DNA of 64,000 bases. Source: Lytechinus pictus. Taxonomy: Eukaryota. Shown in pieces: positions 51,401 to 60,800 of this stretch (its first letter is position 1; every line of letters begins with the position of its first letter). The DNA is taken from assembly GCF_037042905.1 (NCBI RefSeq), contig NC_087248.1, positions 5,642,001-5,706,000 of the forward strand, given 5' to 3'. Both the position numbers and the translations under genes were made by a program. The notes under the pieces were generated by a model that saw only the letters and a list, made by a program, of their open reading frames with translations, did no database searches and had not been told where the DNA came from.

Positions 51401-54400
51401 ATAAATTTTGATTTTGTTGTAAAAGGGATCGGCAGATCTTGAATCTGTATGCACTTGTATGATACACAAATTTTCTAAATATCAGATACGAGAGACTCCC
51501 CTACAATAGCAGGCATACAGAATACACTTCAGGATTTCAAGCTACTAAAACTACCCAGAAAAGGAAAGAGGGGTGGTGGTCTCTGTGTAATTTTGCGAAA
51601 TTCCTTTTCTACTAAAAAGAAGCCACATGTGTTTGACACATTTGAATGCCTTGAGGTAACTGCAAGCTCTAGAAAGATGAGTAGCCAGAGAAGTCTCTCT
51701 TTGTTTGTAATCTATAGACCACCATCGTGCTTGCGTGGTCAATCATTTGGACATTTTCTGATTGAGTTCTCAAAACTTCTTGAATCGGCCAACTTGCTTC
51801 TGAATCAAGTGGTTATCTTGGGTGATTTCAATATACATGTTGACAGTGACACAAATGCAGACGCAAAGAACTTTAAAGATCTACTGGAATCAGCGGGTTT
51901 GAGTCAGCGTATATCCCAACCTACTCATATTAAAGGACACACTCTTGATTTGGTAATTATGAGGGATAATGATCACTCAATTAGGGACATTGTGGTAACC
52001 CAGACTTTGCCATCAGATCATTCTGCAATCATCTTTTCACTCCCCTTCGTGAGACCATCGCCAACATCTAATGTCATTCATGCCCGTATGTTACGTGAAC
52101 TTGACATTGATCAATTCAAGTTAGATATCATCGAGTCCTTCGAAGCAGTTACAAACCTAGAGGAAATGGAAATTGACCAGAAGGTACATGTTTTCAATGA
52201 CTCTCTTGCTTCTAATCTAGATCGTCATGCACCAATCAAGAAAAGGAAAGTGAGAGTGCGTCCCTATGCTCCATGGTACAACGACGCAATCCACAAGGCC
52301 AAACAAGACCTTCGTGCAAGGGAAAGGAGATGGAGAAAGACCAAGCGTTCATCTAGAACAGTTGTATCTGATGACATGAAGGAAGCAACGAGAGAATATT
52401 ACCAACTTGTCAATAACTTTAAGCGTCAGCATCTTCAAGAACTTATATCCACTAGCAACAGCAAACAACTGTTTCATGTGATTGACAAGATGATTGCTGA
52501 AAAGCCTGATAAATCATTGCCATCACATCAGTCAAGTGCTGAGATTGCCCAGAAGTTCTCAAAGTTTTTTGACAGTAAAATTGAACAACTGAGATCTTCA
52601 TTTTCTTCCTCTTCTGTTGTTGTGGAGGGGGAAACCTGTGATCGTCGTCTTGAGAAGTTTGCGCCAGTTTCCCAAGCAGATGTACTAAAGATTATCAGGT
52701 CACATAAAATAAAATCATGTGACCTAGATCCTCTTCCAGCGCTAATTCTTAGCCAGTGTCTCGAGCTCCTGGTACCGGCCATCACGGACATTACCAACGA
52801 TTCACTAGAATGCGGAGTCTTCCCTTCGGCGCTCAAATCTGCTTTGGTCATTCCCACCCTAAAGAGACCGTCACTGGATGCAGAAAGTTTAAGGAACTAC
52901 AGACCAATTTCAAATTTACCTTTTTTGGGTAAGGTAATAGAACGAGTTGTCTCAAATCAATTTACTGAATACCTTACTGCAAACTCCCTTCTCGCATCCC
53001 GACAGTCTGCATATCGAAAAGATCATAGTGTGGAAACGGCGCTACTTCGTGTTCAAGATGATATTCTACAAGCTTTGGATACCGGAGATGATGCTATTCT
53101 CATACTTTTGGACCTAACATCAGCCTTCGACACAGTTGATCACGATGTTCTTCTTTCCAGGCTGAAAACACGATTTGGTGTCTCTGGGACTGTAGCAAAG
53201 TGGTTTGACTCTTACATCACTGGACGATATCAACAGGTGATCATTGATGGCTCACGATCTGAACCAACTCTACTTAAATGGGGGGTGCCGCAAGGTTCGG
53301 TTATCGGGCCTGTACTCTTTACATGCTACACGACACCGTTGGAAGATCTTATTCATTCCTATGGATTCTCGTCTATGATATATGCTGATGACACACAATT
53401 ATATATCTCATTCAAGTCTGGACAAGCTCTCCGAATGTTGCAGAAACTGGAAGATTGTCTTGGTGCCATTCGTTCCTGGATGACTGTGAACTATCTACTC
53501 CTTAATGACAACAAGATGGAAGTTCTGCATATCTCTTCCCATCGTAGACATACCCCTGAGCTACCTCCAATTCAAATTGCAAATGTTCATATACATCCCT
53601 CTAAAACGGTTACTAACTTAGGTGTTTTGTTTGATAAAAACTTTTCAATGCGTCCCCATGTCAACAGCATCTGTCGTAAAGCATCCTTCGCCCTAAGAAA
53701 AATTGGTAAAATTCGAAAATATCTCTCAAAGTCATCCACTGAAGTCCTCATTCATGCATTTATTAGCTCACTTCTTGACAGTTGCAATAGCCTGCTCCTT
53801 GGAATTCCAGAAAAGGATATTTCTAAGCTGCAGAGAATTCAAAACTCTGCAGCCCGTCTAGTTTCCCTCACAAAAAAACATGACCATGTAACCCCTACTC
53901 TTAAACAATTGCACTGGCTCCCCATTAAATTCCGTATACAATTCAAAATTCTACTCCTAACATTAAAATCTCTTCATGGACATGCTCCAAAATATATCTC
54001 CGAATTAATCCAGGCATATACTCCCAGTAGATCCCTTCGCTCTGCAAATCAAAATTTCTTAACAGTCAAAAAAGCAAAAACTAAACTTTTTGGTGATAGG
54101 TCCTTTTCAAGCTCTGCCCCACGTCTTTGGAACACTCTTCCAGCTTCCCTCCGTTGTATCCCAAATATCACTTCATTTCATTCTAATTTAAAGACATACC
54201 TCATGAAGAAAGCATTTTCAACATAGCTCCATTTACAGTGTCCTTTTTCCTCTCTTAGTTATATGATTTCTAATTTCACTTTTGTTAATATATTTTGTAT
54301 GTTCTACATTGTAAAGCGCTTTGATATGATTTCATGAAAAGCGCTATATAAGTTTAAGTTATTATTATTAAGTTATTATTACCTGTACATTGAATCTGAA

Positions 54401-55195
54401 ATTTTCAAAATGTACCGGTAATTGTTTGAAGTTGCAATAGCAATTTACCATGGAATTTGTGTTACATGTAGCTAGTCACAAATTATACATCAAAATGGAT
54501 TGAAAAGAATTTGCATTCTGGGGAGTGTTTCATCAACATTTTCATCAGACAAGTTGTCAGATCTGACATCTTTCTCTGATGTTGATTGGCTGAGAGGTAC
54601 TGTTACTATGGTAACTGTCGGATAAAACGTCCGACAAGTCCTTTCATGAAACGCTCCCCAGATATACTTTCTTAAGACGGGGGGGGGGGGGGGGGGAGAT
54701 GGCATATATATTGGACATTTTCCTTCCAATCTGCAAGAGGATGGATTAAAATTTCTGTGACATTTGTACTTTGAAATGATATCAGGAACATGTGACAGAA
54801 AAGAAAAGAGTAGATGATAACATTTAGCTTTGCTAAATCTACCTAAAAAACAGCAAAAGCCTCCTGTGTAGAGCTCTAGGGAGCATTTCATTTGCAATTC
54901 TGTCAGTGATTTCCCCAAACAGATGTTAAATGCTGCTACAAATCCTTGCAAGTGATTGGTTTAGAGCAAATTAGTCAGTGATCATCACTGGAAAACTTTT
55001 CATGAAATACTCCCTTGAATTATGCAATAGACCTGGCATGCCTGCTTCAATCTGTGCTTGTCGTATATTTACCAGAATATTTGTGTCTGTGCTAGCCGTC
55101 GCTATCCTGCGTAACGACCTTTTCCCAGGTTGAAAGTCAGCACTGTAGACAGGATCACGTCCATGCCAAGAAATCTCTGGAGTTTCTACCTTCAT
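42432..55195 (-). CDS. CHAF1B: Chromatin assembly factor 1 subunit B (p60), 758 aa, 12 coding exons
   Basis: Exons (transcript order) 55073-55195, 50974-51106, 50340-50448, 49361-49464, 48209-48305, 47720-47807, 46318-46487, 45847-45986, 45311-45455, 44235-44360, 43340-43903, 42432-42909; total 2277 nt, in frame. Motifs [82 protein letters not shown]. Probable non-coding first exon ends at a GTAAGT donor at 57344. Confidence 0.96.
43468..43707 (-). repeat. Coding 30-bp minisatellite, 8 copies of [10 protein letters not shown], in the CHAF1B tail
   Basis: GGTGATTTTGAAATCCCTGCATTCTGATTG repeated on the + strand; in frame in the 43340-43903 exon. Confidence 0.93.
44588..45046. mobile_element. 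TTAA-flanked MITE of another family
   Basis: Subterminal inverted repeat TGACAAATCATGGGGAAATT / AATTTCCCCATGATTTGTCA; TTAA on both flanks. Confidence 0.6.
46414..47330 (-). repeat. Ten-copy 91/93-bp minisatellite built from a CHAF1B 3' splice site plus the first ~75 nt of the exon
   Basis: GGACTAAAG anchors at 46414 (exonic), 46507, 46600, 46691, 46782, 46873, 46966, 47059, 47150 and 47241. Confidence 0.95.
51483..54381 (+). mobile_element. L2/CR1-group LINE, 5'-truncated inside the AP endonuclease; antisense within a CHAF1B intron
   Basis: Stop-free frame 51479-54226 with APE motifs (RGGG, IYRPP, GDFNIH, GHTLDL, SDH) and RT motifs ([38 protein letters not shown]). 3' UTR ends in a GCGCTTT...AAAGCGC stem-loop and (TTA)n tail. 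Confidence 0.95.
51593..54226 (+). CDS. LINE ORF2 (partial endonuclease plus reverse transcriptase); natural start lost
   Basis: 877-aa ORF from the track; lacks the N-terminal APE motifs (N-x-R-S, TETWL); its TTG start is arbitrary. Confidence 0.85.
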   Translation: MRNSFSTKKKPHVFDTFECLEVTASSRKMSSQRSLSLFVIYRPPSCLRGQSFGHFLIEFSKLLESANLLLNQVVILGDFNIHVDSDTNADAKNFKDLLESAGLSQRISQPTHIKGHTLDLVIMRDNDHSIRDIVVTQTLPSDHSAIIFSLPFVRPSPTSNVIHARMLRELDIDQFKLDIIESFEAVTNLEEMEIDQKVHVFNDSLASNLDRHAPIKKRKVRVRPYAPWYNDAIHKAKQDLRARERRWRKTKRSSRTVVSDDMKEATREYYQLVNNFKRQHLQELISTSNSKQLFHVIDKMIAEKPDKSLPSHQSSAEIAQKFSKFFDSKIEQLRSSFSSSSVVVEGETCDRRLEKFAPVSQADVLKIIRSHKIKSCDLDPLPALILSQCLELLVPAITDITNDSLECGVFPSALKSALVIPTLKRPSLDAESLRNYRPISNLPFLGKVIERVVSNQFTEYLTANSLLASRQSAYRKDHSVETALLRVQDDILQALDTGDDAILILLDLTSAFDTVDHDVLLSRLKTRFGVSGTVAKWFDSYITGRYQQVIIDGSRSEPTLLKWGVPQGSVIGPVLFTCYTTPLEDLIHSYGFSSMIYADDTQLYISFKSGQALRMLQKLEDCLGAIRSWMTVNYLLLNDNKMEVLHISSHRRHTPELPPIQIANVHIHPSKTVTNLGVLFDKNFSMRPHVNSICRKASFALRKIGKIRKYLSKSSTEVLIHAFISSLLDSCNSLLLGIPEKDISKLQRIQNSAARLVSLTKKHDHVTPTLKQLHWLPIKFRIQFKILLLTLKSLHGHAPKYISELIQAYTPSRSLRSANQNFLTVKKAKTKLFGDRSFSSSAPRLWNTLPASLRCIPNITSFHSNLKTYLMKKAFST
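54521..54658. mobile_element. Short Harbinger-like MITE
   Basis: CTG|GGGAGTGTTTCAT...ATGAAACGCTCCC|CAG. Confidence 0.65.
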
Positions 55196-55604
55196 CTGTA
55201 TATTAAATGAAAATTTTATGAATGAACATCGTGAAACCTTTGCAATGATGCATCTGATTTACTTGTTCATGTTCACTGCAGAAATAAAATCACTCTTACT
55301 TTTTCAAGAAAATTGTATTTTATAGGTTAGTTTTTTTTGTGAAAATAGAGATTCTAGCAATTTAGTGCTGTTTCAGGAATTTTTATAGTGATTAAAAAAA
55401 ATAACCTGGTCCTGGTGTTGTGACATAGGTGTGGATCTACATGTAGTTGAAGTAGATATAGTTAAAACAAGCAACTTGGGACTAGGTCTACTTCACACTT
55501 GAACTCAATATTACATGACATATTATGGGATTTATTAGGGTATTTTTCTACAGTCTACACATCGTTTCGTTTTGTAAATATGGTCACCTATATTGTGCAC
55601 TTAA

Positions 55605-56387
55605 AGGGGAAGTTCACCCTGATGAAAATTTTGTTGTGGAAATAGCAGGAAAAAAATGATAAGAAATAATGGTGAAGGTTTGATGAAAATCAATGAAGAT
55701 TAAGGAAGTTTTTTTAGAATTTGAACTTTTTGATTTAGGATCTCATAAACGAGCAGCTGCCCCATAATTAAAATGCATAAATTTCATTTTTTAATTGTTC
55801 GTGATGACAAATTTTTTAATTTTCTTTTTAAAAGTGGGTGGGTCTGTCAAATCATTTGTCTAACGTTCTTAGACCCAAGGACTAGAAACCCCAACGTTAG
55901 AGGCTAGACCTAGACTAAAACCCTTTTAAATTTTCTGAAAAAATGACAACTCACTGATTTTTTTTCCATAATCCATCTAGATCTAGACCTCTATAGGAAA
56001 GCTGTTCACATGCACATTACCTCAGGCGATGGTTCGTATAGGCTCCACTACACTTCACTACCGCTACCCTCCGCTCCACCTATCCGAACCATCGGGGACA
56101 AAAATTATCTCTCAAAACCAAGTGACAAACTGTGTCATTTTATGGTACAAAAGTCAGTCGTCAGAAATAAACTTTAGATCTAGATCTAACGTATTATATC
56201 ATGGCCAAAGCGAAATCTAATAACTTTTTTAATTCTTTGAATGGATTTTCTTTAATGCTAGATCTAACACTGACTAACAGTAACAGTTAAGTTAGGCCAG
56301 GTTCAAGTCAAGACAGATGTTTAAACCATCTCCAAATATTTTTTCTATTTCTAAAATTAAACTTTTTGTCGGGGTGAACTTCCCCTC
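55605..56387. mobile_element. TTAA-type MITE family 2, with internal insertions
   Basis: TTAA|AGGGGAAGTTCACCCTGA ... TCGGGGTGAACTTCCCCT. Confidence 0.6.
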
Positions 56388-57344
56388 TTCGGCGATGGAT
56401 TCACAATCTGGTGCGCCACCTATCAGTTGCAGCAGACAGACAGAAATTTGGATTGCCTCATTGGAAAAAATTGACATCTGTTGCGCGCGCTATCATGGCT
56501 ATGCATGTCATGCAAGCGGCTCATATCATATCACTGCTCTTGCCTTCACTAGACCAAAACAAAGCTTCAGTCTCTGTTTTATTGGTTGTTCCGCTGAACT
56601 CCGTTGGCTCCACTCACCAATTACACTTTTTTTACAGAGACCGAAGTTCTAACTCGATCTGTACAGGGTCAGGGACTCAAGCTCAATGACAATATGACTA
56701 TGGTTACAGTTTAGTCTATTTTAGTTCGGATAAACCAGGGAAGTGGGAGTTGCGCGAGCGACAGCCGAAGACGAAGTCACCGTTTTTCCCCTTTTAAGCT
56801 TATTTTGTCCCCGTTTTTGTGCATTTCAGGCCAAAAGGGAATAATAATCTTTATTTATTTTGGCCCATTTCTTTACTTTTTAGCCAAATTTAGGCCTAAC
56901 ACTAACAGTTAAAGCCTAACTTTTATATATTTTTATGAAATAAAGTCTACGTCTTTAAATAAAGACAAAAATCGATGAGCCCTGTCGTCGGCATGGTCGG
57001 GGGGATTTTGTATTGTTTACCCCCTAATGGCGGCTGCACGATCGCGAGCCGTCTGTGAACGAGGAGAAATAAAACAGAATTAAAAATGTTAAAAAAACTC
57101 CTTGAAACAGACGCCTGCCAGCTGTCGACTAGAGCAGTGGCAGGGCAGCGCTAGCAGCCGGGCGCCGCTATCGGTCGATCTCGTCTCGTGAAACAGCGAA
57201 AACATCACTCAATCAAAGCCACACAAACGACAGGTAGAGTAATTCATAAATAACAAATTGCAATCGAAAACATTAACTATGAACTGACAATCATTATTCA
57301 CAGCACAAAAACTAGAAATCAGCCATTTAAAGAAGAATACTTAC

Positions 57345-57804
57345 ATTGTTTTTATCTTGGACAGTTTCAGGTAATGTGTCAGAATTTTCTCAAAAGTTCC
57401 CGCGAAATAAAATAATTATAACTCAAGAGGGCAGTAAATGAATTGATTAGTCTTAAAGATCAGACTAATGTATTTCCACTGTGACATTTTCAAATAAAAT
57501 ATATTATATCATCGTATTTTTTATGGAAAATAAATATATAATATCTCAATATATCTATGAATGATCGACCTTTAGTTATATTTCTCATAAAACAACTCAG
57601 TATAATAAATAATCAATTCTAGGAATTTACAAATGGACTAGTAATTGAGACAATCCCCCTGCAACTTCCGGTACAAGCTCAAGCTGAATGAATGAAAGAC
57701 CAGTCGCTACCAGAAGTTTCCAAACAAAACTCTCGTTTTATTTTGATTTTGTCAATATATTTTCAAATATTTCTCGTGAAAGCAATCGCAAACAAATAAC
57801 CATA
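57345..57804. promoter_or_regulatory. Bidirectional promoter region of CHAF1B and CHORDC1
   Basis: E2F-like TTCCCGCGAAA (57397-57407) on the CHAF1B side; ETS/GABP-like ACTTCCGGT (57664-57672) and HSE-like cTACc-aGAAg-tTTCc (57707-57721) on the CHORDC1 side. Confidence 0.55.
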
Positions 57805-60800
57805 ATGTCTGCTGTAAATACACAAAAGCTTCAGTGTTACAACAAGGGATGTGGGCGTGTTTATTTGCTGGAGGAAGACGGTGAAGGTGAGAAGAAAACA
57901 ATTATGAGAAGCGAGTTAATCTTTGTCAGCGGTATTTGGTAGCGTTGTTATGCGGCCCCTAGCCCGGTGGTACTGAGTGAAGCCGGTGTTGGCGGTGTAG
58001 TGTGGTGCTGTGCCGTGTAGTGGTCGTGGACATCATTGATTGTGCAGTGTCTGTTATCTGATACTTCTTGGAGTTGTTTTTTGGCGTGTATGGGATTCTG
58101 GCTTGGGCATTGCATTGGCGGGATGGTTTGGAGAAATTTAGGCTGAGCTGACTAAAATAGGCTTTTGGGTTTTGGAGATAGTTTTGGAGACCAAAGTCCA
58201 ATTTCCCTTGTTTACATTTGCTGCAAAAGCCGGATTAGGCCTACCTTGGCGGAAACAAAACTGTGATAAGCAGATTCCTCATGAAAAATTACCCCTTTTC
58301 ACCGTCTACTTTAAAAATTCACCATCTACTTTTGTTTTGATAAGGATTTTTGTTGTCAATCACACACAAAACATATGGGCTTCTGACCTCAGACTCTCAG
58401 TGAGACAAAATTTTGGGTGGAAAAAATCATGCTTTTGTTGGCGAGTCTCCAATATGGGAGATTGTCTCCCCTATTGGAGAGAGTCTCCCATATTGGCCGT
58501 GCGCGTCTACTGACAGAAAGCATGAAAAGTGCTGTTTTGGCTTTTGCCCGAGTTTTGGTAAGCCTTGGTGACAATTTGTTTGGTGCAGTGCATCGATCTG
58601 CTGTGTAGTCGTCTGTATGTATGTACAGCACCACCCAAGGATTCATTAGTTACATGCCGTCGCGCACAGAAAAATCAAGCCACAGAAGTCGTGTGTTGTG
58701 GACACCAGAAGTGGGATCCCAGCACGCGCAACCCACTAATTAGAAATCCACTGTCAAACGCGGTTCATTCATGGTGCGAGGTTAGTATACTAATAATACT
58801 AACCTCGCAATACGTGCGAGTGGTACAGCACAAACAAAATGATTCAGATCAATTCTGATCCCAATTTCAGATTATTGACATTAGACTTTGATCTGTATGT
58901 CTCTTAATTTCCAAGAACTGTTAGTGTTAAAAGAACGACACAATACCTGCGCAAGGTTTGTTTTGCCTTCCAGGTCAAGGGAATAAGGGATCACCAGTCA
59001 CCATGATGAAACAAAACTGGGAAAAACAATTTCCTGTCAGCAGGTCAGCTGATGGTACTGGAGACTTTACCTTGAAGAACATGGCATTAAAAATATTTTG
59101 ACTTGATGATTTTTGAAATCTGAATTTTTTCATTTGCCAGCTTCTAGGGGGTGAAATTCAGCTTTATTCTTTATTTATGCTGCCATCTTACAAAATAAGG
59201 AAGGAGTTGTTCAATGTCACATCAGCAGTGGCTGGATCACAAGTCAAAACATGCATGATTTTATTTTCAATGTTGTCTTAATTGTGTCTTATATGTATTG
59301 TGTAGAATTTTAACTTCACACTAACTCCAAGAGGGACTAACCTCATTCTTATTCACAGTACGACAATACACCAGACGGTGGACTGTACTTTTTCCAGAAG
59401 AAGAAGAAGAAGAAAGAAAAAGCAAGCAAATTAAATAAAAAGGAAAGGGAGAAAAGAACATGCAAAGAAAAGAAAAGGAGGAGGGTGATGAAAAGTGAGG
59501 AGAAAGAAAAGAAATGTGAACCATGACATTTCTTGCGTACTGTTTTGGAAAATATACAAAAAATAGCTGTGCTGAAAATAATGGACTTTGACTGGTTGTC
59601 ATAAAAGAGAAAGAGAAGAAGAAGAAACAGGTTTGGATCAAGTACCCTTCAAGTTTTATTTGTAATTAACACTTATTTTTCTTGGAGTTGTGTCTTGATT
59701 TTCTTTATTGTTATTGTATTTGTAATAAACACTTTTTTTTATTGTATTTGTAATTAACACTTACTTTTTTTTGGAATTGTGTCTGAATTTTTCCAGGTTG
59801 TTGTATTCACCATCCTGGGGCTCCTGTATTCCATGATGCCTTGAAAGGATGGTCATGCTGTAAGAAGAGAACCACTGATTTCACTGAATTCCTCAACATA
59901 CCGGTATGTTGAAAGCTCATTCCATTCTAGATCATGAATTGCAAATTATCTGTGCACGGGATAAATCAAGGTTGTTTTAGAGAACAAGAGAGTGAAGAGA
60001 TTTTTCTTCCTTGCAATTTTGAGCTTTTTTTAATGAAAATAATATTGTTTATAATTTTTTTTACGTTTTTTTAATGACAAATATTTGATTGAAAACATTC
60101 TTGTCCTCATCCATAAGCCATTTTTTGAAGAAAATCGTGCTTTATATTTTAATTAGTAGTCACCAAGTCCTTATATGTTTCTTTCAAATTATGAAATATT
60201 TCCCAAGAATGAAGTACATGTAACACGACATATATACATGTACATGTAAACAGCATTGATTGTTCAAATAATGAATAACAAAATTACACGGACATCCATA
60301 GTTTATGGAATACTTGTATGCAGAGTTAACTTTGATCAAAACACGTGTATTTGTAGTGTGGGTTTTTTTGTGTGCAGAAATGTTGCTTCTTTAACAGACA
60401 TTATAATTGGTTGATGGCATCCATGTGTTGATTTATTATTGATTTTGTTTTCTTGTACAGGGATGTGCAAAGTCAAAACACAATCCAATGAAACCGGTTG
60501 AAGAGCCCAAACCAGAATCAACCAACGATGATGATGTTGTGCCTGAGGTGAGTAGTAATTGAGATTAATATCTGGGGTCCGTCTTACAAAGAGTTGCGAT
60601 TGATCCAATCAATCGCAACTATGGAAAGCCTGCAAAGTCAACATATAAAATGCATGTTTGTTCAAAAGATTTTCTAGTTATGAATGTATATCCATAAATT
60701 AATTGATTTCTTGACAATTTGGTGTGTTCTCCTTTGTTTAGGAAGGACATTTTGCAAATTTCCTTTAGAAAAAATTATGACACTGATGGATTTCCATAGA

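Noticed and set aside
52528-52857. 109-aa minus-strand ORF
   Set aside because: Antisense shadow of LINE ORF2.
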